Assembly (NCBI RefSeq): GCF_006345805.1 | Contig: NC_043009.1 | Location: forward strand, 15,500,001-15,564,000 | Source: Octopus sinensis | Lineage: Eukaryota | Reading direction: 5' to 3' | Length of the DNA stretch: 64,000 nt | Part shown: positions 25,638 to 37,685 of the stretch, piece after piece | How the letters are laid out: each line of letters starts with the position of its first letter | How positions within the stretch are numbered: position 1 is the stretch's first letter | Position numbers and translations under genes: made by a program | Notes under the pieces: model-generated | Told to the model about the DNA's origin: nothing | Seen by the model: only the letters and a program-made list of their open reading frames with translations | The model's database searches: none

Positions 25638-26870
25638 AGAATGAATGAATGAATGAATGAATGAATTAAGTAATTAATTAATTAATTAATTAATTAATGA
25701 ACTCCTATAGCAAATTCTGTAGAAATATAATATCAGAGAGATGTAATGAAGAAGTAGATGCGTATATATAATTGTAAAGACCAACATTTCTTGAATAAAA
25801 CATTAGATTGCTGTAAGGTGCAAAATATAAACAGAACATGATACACTACTTGGATACAGTTTAAATGAGGCATGGAATCTCGTGTCAGACGGAACGTAGA
25901 GATAATTACCAATTTCTGTCTTCTTCTTGCTTCTCTATCCGACACCTTAAGCTCTAAAGTTTTACAGAGGTTAGCTATCTTTTAGATTCTACACGGTTTA
26001 AAGGACCATGATAAACCAATTGGCTGGTAAAGATGATTGGAATTATATAAGAAATGCAATAGGTACTTTGAAAATATTTTGCAGCCATAAAATGGTATTT
26101 AACAAATGTTTATTGGCTCTGGAAGGCTGGCCTCAGCCAAATATTGAAGAGAGACGGTGTATAGATATAACGTTAAGAAATATGATATGTTTCAGAAGGC
26201 GAGAAAAAAAGGGAAAAAATTTGAAAACCTTATATACGTCGAAATAAGAATGACGGGGAACTGAATATGCGAAACGGATCAGGTAATAGACGACACATGT
26301 CACCTTTGTATTTCGCAATCTTTTCCTCCTTGCTCGGTCCTGATATTTCTGAATTTTCCCAATTCCTTTGATATCCATATTTTATTGCAAAGTTTGTCAT
26401 ACTACAGTGTTTTATTTTTCTCTCTTTGGTCATATATAGGCTCCTTACTTTATTGAATTATGTTCAATCGCTATGGAGAAATCCCATGAAATATGAAATT
26501 TGAAATTAAAGGAAATTTCTAAGAGAGTTTGGGAAATGACAGAAAAAGAAAAAAAATGACCTACAATTCAATGAGTAATAACGTGGTATACAAATGTAAC
26601 ATATATATTGAGAAAGAAAAAAATGCTTTTAAAGAGAGATTTGGGAAAGTAGTGCAAGTTATTAATGAGAAGTATTCAATATGACGTGAACTTGATAAAT
26701 GATTATTTCATGTAATGTTGGCTAAAAACAAAAGGAATGATTACATAAAGATAATGACATCTGTCATGTTATCATTACAGAATAAGTTGACTTCAGTCAA
26801 TTACCAGCATAGAAACGTTTTGATGGCGTTCCGAAGATAAATGCCAAAATTGTCAAAGTATGTCAATATC

Positions 26871-26924
<54 letters not shown>

Positions 26925-27393
26925 CGTAGAACGTATGGAAAAGAAACGAATGGGAGAATTAGAAAGCAAGAATTAAATAATGAAAAATTGTTGTACTTAG
27001 AAATAAATTACAAATAAATCTTCTCGTAAGAAATGATGTTGAGTAATACTCGTGTATGAATATCTGCATATATTATTTAAACAAATAATGCACTTTGAAA
27101 TTATATTAATGAAATATAATTATATACATTCCGCGAACAGTTTTTCTTCGTATTCACCGATGAGTACTTGTAATAGTAGCTTTTATACCTTGCAAGAACG
27201 ATACGTACGAATAACAGCAACAACAATTACAAAGAAATTCGCTACCCGCTGCTTTTTATCTCTTTTCTAGTAAAACTAACTCCAGTTAAGCTGTAATTTG
27301 CTCCCAAGAACCTATTATGATACTAAGTACTTGAAGCTAATTTTTCGACTTCAATTACTCATTCTTTTGATTCCTCTTAATCTAATCTCTCCT

Positions 27394-27435
<42 letters not shown>

Positions 27436-28075
27436 CGTCTGTCTGTTTATGCGAACCTCTTTATGTGGCTCAAGAGAGAATAGAAGACACATTGTCGGTG
27501 TTGCTTTGTAATTCTCACTAATGAGATATTCGTTATAAGCTGTGGGTATATTTTATTGTTGGTAACTGAGGCAACACCTCTCATTTCTTAAATGAATCGG
27601 CTAACCTAATTTGTTTTATACTTTTATCATACAATTTTATTAAAATTTGATAGAAAGCATTAAGGAGGAATATTACCTGCTGCCTCAACATTTATAAGAA
27701 GCACCGAAATATTTGTCTCCATATTTATGCGCAAGCTAACAGCTTCTTTTCTACTATTGCCACGAAAATATTCGTTTCTCAATAAATTTTCTTCAGATCT
27801 GACTGCTGCTGAAATATTTGTATGTCAATAATTCTATGGTTAATATTTCTATGATAGTTAAACTTTAGTAGTGTAAAGGCTTAACCCACTAGCATTCAGA
27901 CGATTCGTTCAAGTTTAATGCTTATTTATTCACAGTTTTGAATTAATTATGCTTCATAGCTTTGAGATTTCGATAATGTGCTGTGATGATTGTTTATGCG
28001 TTTAGAATGATATTGTAGGGTAGATATGAAAATATGAGGAGCTGAATCTGGTACATAAGAGATAGAATATTGTGA

Positions 28076-28129
<54 letters not shown>

Positions 28130-28144
28130 ATATATAACATACAA

Positions 28145-28500
28145 GTTCGTCTGTGCGGTAAAAAATTTACTTTCCAAACAAATTCCATCGCGTGACATCT
28201 GGGTCAAGTGTCTTGTTCCATAACCTCTGGGCAAAGTGTGAGTGGATTTGCTCGACTGAAACTGAAAGAAGCCCATCGTATACATTGATGGGTGTGTTCC
28301 CAACCCATCGCTGGACCACTAGTATTGGCTTGTTTACGTCCTGTAATTTAGCGACTCAGCAAAATAGAACGATATCATATGTATCAGGCTGTAAATGAAT
28401 AACTACTGGGATCGATTCGTTCATCTAAATCCTCTTCATGATGATTTCCCTGCATATTCCCAGTCCAATGACAAGAGCCAGTAACAGATATAATATAAAC
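28145..28500 (+). mobile_element. Old, diverged family A SINE
   Basis: GTGAGTGGATTTG...GAAACTGAAAGAAGCCC and TGTTTACGTCC..TAATTTAGCG..CAGCAAAA motifs. Confidence 0.6.
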
Positions 28501-29404
28501 GATAAACATGCGTATAGATATAATTGTTCGTCTTTTTAACTCCACGATGTAGTAGTTCATCAGTATATTACTTTTCGATGCAATCACATTTATTTTACAC
28601 GGTTTTACGCCACAGTGTTAGTACATATACAATACATTAGGATTTGTTACACAATTTTCCCTGAGCGAAAATATTCCTTTCTCAAATTATCTATTGTGTT
28701 TGTGTAATCTGAAAAAAATATTTGATAAAAATGCTGATAATTATGTGCTTCTAACATTCAGGCTTGTCGTCTACAGTTTGCATACGACCCAGTCTGTATG
28801 ATTTTACCAATTCAAATTAAATAATAATCCTACATGCTTTCCTGTTATTCAGTTCTAAGGGATGTTATTGCTGGCCACACAATAATTATAGAATTCTCTT
28901 TCGAGGGAAATAAATAAAATTTTGAAGAAGATATAAATTTGGCTCTTTTTTTTTCATTACCTAGAGCGATAACATTTAATCGACATATAATAGTCTAACC
29001 ATTACAGTGGTAGTAATTTTAATTTATTTTACTGCGAGTTGAATCCATTCTCAAATGTAAGCTACCTACGGACCTAAGAAAGCCTCAAACTATATTCGTG
29101 CCTAAATGAACATGACTCGAAAGAAGGCAGAATAGCAATGTTCAGTAAATCTAGATTTGTTCTTTAATTCCTATATGAGGCACAGGCATCTACCGAATAA
29201 TTATTCCTTCACGCTTGGAGAACACAAAAATACGTTAATAGGTATAACTCGGTAGGAAAAACTAACTACAAAAAGGAAAACAGACTTCAACTACCGTGAC
29301 ATATCACTTATAGACGGATGCCATATCTTTCAGGTCATATGAAGTATTTACATTATGGTGTACATGTATATTCCTCTCAATTGAACTCACTTCCACTCTC
29401 AATT

Positions 29405-29570
29405 CTTAAATATTTTGGCTGTGTGGTAAGTAGATTGTTTACCAACCACATGGTTCCGGGTTCAGTCCCACTGCGTGGTACTTTGGGCAGGTGTCTTCTA
29501 CTATAGCCTCGAGTCGACCAAAGCCTTGTGAGTGGATTGGGTAGACGGAAACTGAAAGACGCCCGTCGCA

Positions 29571-29575
<5 letters not shown>
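29405..29575 (+). mobile_element. Family A SINE 5' half (3' half at 32641-32880; split by the PLE)
   Basis: GGCTGTGTGGTAAG...GAAACTGAAAGACGCCCGTCG then (TA)n. The continuation TGTTTGTCCTCCTAGCATTGCTTG...AAGTAAAAGAGTAAAAGAGTA resumes after 32641. Confidence 0.9.
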
Positions 29576-29652
<77 letters not shown>

Positions 29653-29857
29653 AAATAGAAAGATGAATAATCTTGTAGTAGATTAATCAAAAGTTTAACC
29701 GATACCTTAGTAGCAAAAATCACAGCAGTGAACAGCACGGTTGGAGGTACAACCATCTGGCGTTGCAACCGTGCGTTGGTGCGGATAATTGAAATTAAAA
29801 CATTATTGGTGAATTGAAGAAATGGAGCTGAACGCAGATTGAACAGAAATCGTTTTA

Positions 29858-29945
29858 TTTCATTCTACACGTGTTTCGAAAGGCACAAATTACCAAAATC
29901 CGATTGAATAATGGGACCATATTGTGTCTTTCTTTCAGGAAGAAA
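29858..29945 (-). ncRNA. Hammerhead ribozyme copy with a 1-nt deletion in the catalytic core
   Basis: Same fold as 32491-32579, but the core reads CTGAA-A instead of CTGAAGA (G8 missing). Confidence 0.7.
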
Positions 29946-30538
29946 AAAGGAAATCCGTTGGAAAAACAAAAACAGAACAGAGGCAGAGCAAAAAACAAAT
30001 CGAACTGTGCTCCTAAGAGCCCATGGCGAAAATGTTATCAGTGTATGTTGAGAACCGGTGGCTGAAGAATTCAACAGGTCAGGCATCGGTCAAACATGTG
30101 GGTGAGGGTGTATAGATGTTCTTTGTGACCGAGAATAAAGTTCTGACTATTTAAAGAATATTGGATGTTTTATAAGGGGCGAGAAAAAATCTACTTAGAG
30201 ACGTGTGTGTGTGTATACTGTTCTATATATGTGTGTGTTGGCGTAGGGGTAGAAAAACATTTTTTGTGTACGTGTGTGCGTTTGATCGTTCGGCTGTCAG
30301 TGGCTACTGCCGTGATAACCGTTGGGTGGCAGAAAGAAAAAAATAAAGAAATTATATATATATTTTATGTTTTATGTGTGTGTGTGGTGTTCATCTAAGC
30401 CTACCTTGACAAGGAAACCCCCGCTGTTAAAAAAACAAGCCCCGTTTGTCTTACAGGAGTAATTTCCTTGCAGTGGTTAATTGTAGATATCTTAAAATCT
30501 ATTTCAGAATTTGTTACCAAGGGCTATGGGTGCCGGTC

Positions 30539-31663
30539 TTATTTATAAACGCTATTTAAAGGCCAGATAAGTGTAACGCCGCCAATGGGGGCATCGAAAA
30601 GCCGACTGTAATAGCCCGTTACCATCCGGCCTCTGGCAAACAAAATATGGAAGAGTTCGGAGACACAAAGGTTGCACTGTCTTCTGCCCCTATCAAATGG
30701 GAGGGCCACCGACAAAATTGACCATTCCAGCCTATAGCTTAAGTTCGCATCCTTCAGTCGCCATATTAGCTTACTGAGTCCCGTGGTCTGGCGCTTGTTC
30801 ACGTCCCGAAAAGTTGCGTAATGGTTGGAGACACGCAAAGACAATCTTGAGGATGATGCCCCGATATAAGTGAAGGCATCTGAGTCCGTGTAAACCTTGC
30901 ATTGGTAGACGGCGTTTTTGATCTTGGAGTTCGCCGACGTGAATCTCACTCTGCTAGGATTGGTTTCTGAAATTAGAACTGCGTTCCTGTCACTATATTC
31001 GTTCCGAGACCTGCAGCCGCTTACTACTCTATTTTCCACTACGTCACTATTAACTATAGGAATAACCCCTGATTCTCCACTATCTATCAGAGTGCTGTCA
31101 TTGCTACTGCCCGTGGTACTGCTATTGCGGGAAATGATGCTGGGGATGCTAAAGGGGCTCTCTACCCTACTCCCATTGTTACCATCAACCACAACACCCC
31201 TATTTATAACTATACCCCTAGTGGGTACTCCCTGGCTGGAGCTGAGATTATGTGTCACTGTACTGGCTCTCATATCATTATTACTACTATAATTATTCCT
31301 ACTGAGCATTAAACCGGGAGCGGAAGAGGCTGTGCCTCCGGAAAAAGGTGATAGGGTCTTAGTAAGTAGCCTATTATTATGGGAGGCGATTATCTGGGCG
31401 AGGTTTTTAGTGTTGGAGAAAGCTATCCTAACTTTATGTGAGTTAACCGTGGAGTAATATTTGGAATTTCTGGGGAAGTTATTGGCGATGGCTTGTCTAA
31501 ACATGAGGGGGAGGTTAGTTCTAATCTGCTTACCATAGGGGATTACAAACCATATATGCTTATTCCTATCAGTGTGATGGGTCGGGACGCCAGCTCTCGC
31601 ATTTGGGTGGGTGATTCTCGGATGAATAACGGGTCTTGGGTTAGTGTAAGACCTCCCGGACCG
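30539..31663 (-). CDS. PLE polyprotein C-terminal part: end of RT thumb, long linker and GIY-YIG endonuclease (open from the truncation point; no true start)
   Basis: The frame is stop-free for 375 codons from junction 31663. Motifs: RNKHIWFVIPYG..TNLP..F..AI..NFP..SKYY, AVYQC...YIGAS..L..R..NH..TF, LSK.IW.LK, WSIL, CNLC. A 1-nt deletion near 30617 relative to the right arm shifts the last codons. Confidence 0.85.
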   Translation of the reverse strand, partial: RSGRSYTNPRPVIHPRITHPNARAGVPTHHTDRNKHIWFVIPYGKQIRTNLPLMFRQAIANNFPRNSKYYSTVNSHKVRIAFSNTKNLAQIIASHNNRLLTKTLSPFSGGTASSAPGLMLSRNNYSSNNDMRASTVTHNLSSSQGVPTRGIVINRGVVVDGNNGSRVESPFSIPSIISRNSSTTGSSNDSTLIDSGESGVIPIVNSDVVENRVVSGCRSRNEYSDRNAVLISETNPSRVRFTSANSKIKNAVYQCKVYTDSDAFTYIGASSSRLSLRVSNHYATFRDVNKRQTTGLSKLIWRLKDANLSYRLEWSILSVALPFDRGRRQCNLCVSELFHILFARGRMVTGYYSRLFDAPIGGVTLIWPLNSVYK

Positions 31664-32490
31664 ATATGGCGACTGAAGGATGCGAACTTAAGCTATAGGC
31701 TGGAATGGTCAATTTTGTCGGTGGCCCTCCCATTTGATAGGGGCAGAAGACAGTGCAACCTTTGTGTCTCCGAACTCTTCCATATTTTGTTTGCCAGAGG
31801 CCGGATGGTAAACGGGCTATTACAGTCGGCTTTTCGATGCCCCCATTGGCGGCGTTACACTTATCTGGCCTTTAAATAGCGTTTATAAATAAGACCGGCA
31901 CCCATAGCCCTTGGTAACAAATTCTGAAATAGATTTTAAGATATCTACAATTAACCACTGCAAGGGAAATTACTCCTGTAAGACAAACGGGGCTTGTTTT
32001 TTAACAGCGGGGGGTTTCCTTGTCAAGGTAGGCTTAGATGAACACACACACACACACATAAAACATAAAATATATATATATAATTTCTTTATTTTTTTTC
32101 TTTCTGCCACCCAACGGTTATCACGGCAGTAGCCACTGACAGCCGAACGATCAAACGCACACACGTACACAAAAAATGTTTTCTACCCCTACGCCAACAC
32201 ACACATATATAGAACAGTATACACACACACACGTCTCTAAGTAGATTTTTTCTCGCCCCTTATAAAACATCCAATATTCTTTAAATAGTCAGAACTTTAT
32301 TCTCGGTCACAAAGAACATCTATACACCCTCACCCACATGTTTGACCGATGCCTGACCTGTTGAATTCTTCAGCCACCGGTTCTCAACATACACTGATAA
32401 ACAGTTTCGCCATGGGCTCTTAGGAGCACAGTTCGATTTGTTTTTTGCTCTGCCTCTGTTCTGTTTTTGTTTTTCCAACGGATTTCCTTT

Positions 32491-32579
32491 TTTCTTCCTG
32501 AAGAGAAAGACACAATATGGTCCCATTATTCAATCGGATTTTGGTAATTTGTGCCTTTCGAAACACGTGTAGAATGAAA
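32491..32579 (+). ncRNA. Type I hammerhead ribozyme (PLE-associated; 2-bp stem III with palindromic ACGT loop)
   Basis: TTTCTTC / CTGAAGA (32498-32504) / stem II GAAAG-A-CACAA...TTGTG-C-CTTTC / GAAAC-ACGT-GTA / GAA-T-GAAA. Predicted cleavage after 32571. Confidence 0.85.
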
Positions 32580-32640
32580 TAAAACGATTTCTGTTCAATC
32601 TGCGTTCAGCTCCATTTCTTCAATTCACCAATAATGTTTT

Positions 32641-32880
32641 ATATATATATATATGTATGTGTGTGTGTTTGTGTGAGTGTGTTTGTCCTCCTAGCATTGC
32701 TTGATCACCGATGCTGGTGTGTTTATGTCCCCGTTACTTAGCGGTTCGGCAAAAGAGACCGATAGAATAAGTACTGTGCTTACAAAAGAATAAGTCCCGG
32801 GGTCGAGTTGCTCGATTAATGGCGGTGCTCCAGCATGGCCGCAGTCAAATAACTGAAACAAGTAAAAGAGTAAAAGAGTA
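32641..32880 (+). mobile_element. Family A SINE 3' half
   Basis: Continues the SINE begun at 29405; ends in AAGAGTAAAAGAGTA. Confidence 0.9.
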
Positions 32881-33455
32881 TGTTACAACAAAAACCATTT
32901 CACTATAAAGTGAACATTTTCAATGTATGACACTCATCTTAACGTTTTATACGAATATATACATATAAATTTTAGTTTTTAAATTTCACTAGGGAATATT
33001 TGCAGATCATTATTTGTTTCGTTTTCAAATTTTCTAAAGTGAAAAATGAAGCATCTAATAAGAAATACGTATGCATAAAATAGCAAGGAACAATGCAAGG
33101 AAATAGTCTATTGCATACATTGACAAAACTATATGTTAAAATGTAAATTTATTCAACAGATGTATGTTTATATGTATAGTTTTGGCCCACTTGTTCTCTC
33201 ACACACACTATCTCTCTCTTTCTTTCTCTCACTTATGCTCCCGATGTATATTGATAAATAAATTAATACTCTCTCTCTCTCTCTCTCTCTGTATGTGTTT
33301 GTGTGTGTCTGAGTGTGTTTTGTGAGTGTCTCTGTTTGACACATACGTTAGTCTGCAAATATATATTTTTTTAACCTTTAAGCCTTCTGTAGTTTTTTCA
33401 CTTTTTACTATTTTCTATATATTCAACCACGTGCTTTCACAAACCAACTTTCTTA

Positions 33456-33511
<56 letters not shown>

Positions 33512-33535
33512 TATATACTCATATATATGTATATG

Positions 33536-33572
<37 letters not shown>

Positions 33573-36500
33573 TTATTAGCAATAATTATAATGATATAGA
33601 ATATGGAGTATTATGCATCCTCAAAATTTATTTCCTCTTATATTACAATTTTATACAGTATATTATTATACCTACAAACGGATCAGACTTCAGTTTCAAA
33701 ATAACATCCAACGCCACCCAACAATAACTAGCAAAGAATTAACTCTATTCACTTCGGTTTGAAACTAACCATATGGGTAGGCCCTGAAGAAGCTGCACCG
33801 AAAACCGTACCATGCTGCATCACGTTACCCGTAATATATCCATTGGAAACAAGTGTAGGTCACAAGGACCATACTAATATGCTATGGAAAATTATAATAT
33901 AAGAGGTAATATATCTTGAGGATGAACGAGTTTACATATTCTATATCGTTATAATTAATGCTAATATATACTCCAAACAATATTACCGTCCAGTGAAACG
34001 GACACGGAATTAACCATCGGAGGAATTCATAGAGTGACAGACAATTAATTGTAATCACAGACATTAAATACTGATCGATATGGTTAGCCATAACTAAGGG
34101 GGTTTTGATCTATTCGAAAAGAACAATTTTGCCAAAACATTAATAGCCTATAAATTATCAGAATATTAGACATGAGATACAAATACCAGTATGGAATAGA
34201 CCAGTTAAGAATTACTGATAGCACTCAAAACACACTGTTTTCAGGATGCCTATAATTTGTCTTGTCTACAAAATCACATTTACTTATTTTCACATCTCTT
34301 GAATGCAACCTATAGACCTGCCTACCATGCCAATATGAGTACAGCGAATTACCAGATTTCATTCCGAAAGGCATGTCAAGCAAGGGTACTTTTGGAAGGG
34401 GAAGAGCACCTCTTCCATAGAATTAAACCATTGTTCAATCATCAATCTTGAGAAATCTCATGACAGCTGTTATATTATGTTACACAACATGACCGGATAA
34501 TCTATTTGAACAGTTTTGCTTTCCGCGCTCAGGAGATTATCTAGTGGTGCATCAAGGGCTTGCGAACTCGAGTGACCAAATTTATTACCACACTGTTTTG
34601 TATTAAGGTAAATTTCCGATGGTTGGAAGCTAGCGCGCATGAATCATGCGAAAGAATATATGAAATGTATTGTATAACACAATCATTAAATTTACTTCCG
34701 AATTAAAAAGCTTGACAGAATTCATGTATAACCAGACGAACACTCTGGATAATGTAGTAAATCAGTAACTCCGAATACCAATTTCTGCAAATGCTTGAGG
34801 CCAACTAGATTCTTTAATCAGCTAATGTTCTTCAAAAATACGTGAACTTCTCTCAATCATCGACATACACTGTAAACTATTGACATTTCCTTGTAAGAAA
34901 TCGATATCCAATTTTCAGAAATTACGAATAATTTAAAGAAAAGAAAAAAAATGACCAATATCCTCAACTTTTAACATTGCTAAACATCAAAGTCGTAAAG
35001 GAAAAGAAAAGATAGAATTGTGTTTTGTTTCCAAATTGTAACTGTTGTTCATTATTCTGTATTTAAACACTTTTTAACGATTCATTGTTATTTAATAATT
35101 TCGTTGTTTCTTTAGCCTCGCCTAGACACATTAGAAATGATTTTCCTTAGCAAAGAATGTATGAAAACTGCATTTACACTCTACACAGCCATTAAGTTTG
35201 AAAACTTTAAAACAATAAATACAAATGTTATGAATACAAAGATTTTAAACATCATTTCAGTTAATTTTTATTGCTTTCTTACTTCGTTCCAGATTATTTC
35301 CCCTAATAAAACTGTCATTTCTTGAGATAAACATCAATAAAAAAAGTTTTAAAATTTGACAGACGTATAATTTTAATAAGGTCACGTAAATAGAGAAAAT
35401 TGCTAAAACAAAATTATGTACTTCATTAGACGTTTTTCTGTTGGTTTAGCGAACGTGTGAGTGTTTAATAATTATATCAGTCTAAGTCTCAGGAAACAAA
35501 TACAACATATTTAAATAACACATTTAGATACTGTTTTGAGATTTAGGGAAACTTTAAAATTAAAGTTAAGCTACTCATTAACATTTGCTCTAATAATTGC
35601 AAAACAATAGCCTAAGCCAGTAGGTCTCAAACCTGCCTCCACCTTGGCACCCACGTTACATTCTAACACCCCACCACACACACACATACATACATACGTG
35701 TGTACGTACGTACATACAAACATACATACATACATATATACATACATACATACATAGACACACACTTATCACCGCAAGCATAGATCCCTTCTCAAATGCA
35801 AAGCAGTTGTATTTCACAAATAAAACTTAATCTAATCAACCCATTATTTTACTGTTTTTAGAATATGACAGACTAAATTTACATCCCATATTTAACTACG
35901 TTATTTTCATATTTTCAGTGCGACGGCTGTATATTTTGTAGGGGTATCAGCTTCTCGACACCTAACTGAAAAATACTAAAATGTAGCCTTAGATCTTTTA
36001 GCGTTCAATAATTTTCAGAGAATTTCTTTGTTCAGAAAGAATCTGGGCTACTGCAATAGAATCCGGCTCTAGAAAATATATTGAGAAGACAGTAAAGTAC
36101 AACTTGTCTTCGTTTCACAGTGCAGAGTAGCAATCAGAAAGGTCATTTTGAAATCAAAAATCCTAACATGATGTTGTTAACTTTGACCTCAGCTCAATTC
36201 ATTTTAATGCGAAGCCAGTACTTCCTCCACGTTTCTTGGTTCCGAATTACTGATATCTACGAATCAACTATACTGGTATTGTAATGGAAAATAATATCGA
36301 CAATTTTTTTTTAAAAAGGGATTAGAAATTTTCAGGCAGTGTCCCTTTGACAGACATTGAACTATTGAGTGCAATAAAAAAAATCACTTGTATTAACCAG
36401 ATGTTGCCTGTGTATTGTAGTGCACGCTGTAAACAAGTTAGGTATAACCTTTACAATAAACTTATAAGTTGCGATAACAACCTACCACCGATGGTCTCCA

Positions 36501-37595
36501 ATCTATTGTTCAAACACGAAAAGCTGGCCACTCTTTCGTATTTGTTTCTAGTTGTCTTACAAGTGATAGCTCTTGAACCAAACTTTAATGTTTCACGAAG
36601 AAAACATAAATAAAAACATACTTTTATGGCTTGGCAAAGGGGAGTAATTTGACTAAAAGCTTAGTTTGGTTGTTCTAAGTATGTTGCACAATATATCTTC
36701 AATGTTACTTAATATTTTAAAACATTTATACTATCAACTTTTAAAGAAAGTCTTCTGCTTCTTTTTAATTTTCGCAATTAAAATCCTGAAAATAAAACGA
36801 GAAATGCCTATTTATGCAAGATGCCTTTTTCCAATTTTTTTTCTGTAAGACAAAGGATTATAATCGTTACAAAATGTGGAATACAACGTAATGAAAAGAA
36901 ATAGAACAAAAGTGGTGGCATGTGTTCCAAGGGTACGATGAGTGGATGGGTAAACGTTTAAAATATCATGGATTAAAAAGTTTTAAAGAAGATCCGCCAG
37001 CGAGTTATTTTAAACGTGCTATATTATAAATTGTAGAAAACTTCTGTAAGGAAAGAGGAATTCCGATGTATATAAGGCAGCTATTCCGGAAGTACTACAA
37101 ATAAAATTCCAATGACTTTTGTTTTAAATTCATTACGTCCAAATTTCTAAAACATAAATTTGAAAAGATTGTGGAAAACGCCGAAATGAAAACAACAATC
37201 GGTGAACTCAGCTTTGAACTTCAAGATAATGTGTACTCCACAAATTCGAAAAAAACATTACAGTTATTCATATTTAAAGTAGGTGTTGTTTTAACAAATA
37301 CATCTGCGTTGTGTTAGTTATTTATTTGTGGAAACAAATGAACAACGACAAATTCTGACTAATATCATATTCAGAAAATGCTTTGAAAAGGTTGCAGTTC
37401 TTTACTTAGAACTACAGTCAAAATATGAATTTATGAAAGATATAATTTCTACCCTTGCTGTTAAAAAGAAATTATTTGTTTACTTATCAATCAATATCTC
37501 TCCCCTCTCCTCTCCTTTCCTCTCCTCTCTCTTTCTCTCTCTCTCTCTCTCTGTATATATATATATATATATATATATTGTACAACCTATCTATC

Positions 37596-37641
<46 letters not shown>

Positions 37642-37685
37642 ATATATATGGAAATTATTTAATATCTATCTATTTAATCTATCTA

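Larger units (their letters stand above)
29651..32641 (-). mobile_element. 5'-truncated Penelope-like retroelement with inverted pseudo-LTR; C-terminal GIY-YIG type, probably Hydra clade
   Basis: Near-identical inverted arms 29796-30766 and 31664-32641, a ~145-nt 3' tail unique to the main copy (29651-29795), a GIY-YIG ORF, hammerheads in both arms and a (TA)n target. Clade assignment is from recalled motifs, not a phylogeny. Confidence 0.9.

Noticed and set aside
26197-26284. AG...GT-bounded exon-like segment
   Set aside because: Stops in all three frames and no other support.
30918-31292. 124-aa Leu-rich plus-strand ORF
   Set aside because: Antisense shadow of the PLE linker.
31493-31879. 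128-aa plus-strand ORF ending in GIY-YIG C-terminal motifs
   Set aside because: It is a chance in-frame fusion across the inversion junction at 31664: antisense-derived N-terminus plus the second half of the endonuclease, lacking the GIY/YIG and catalytic Arg region.
33784-33815. CTGAAGA...GAAA string
   Set aside because: Neither stem I nor stem II pairs adjacent to the core.
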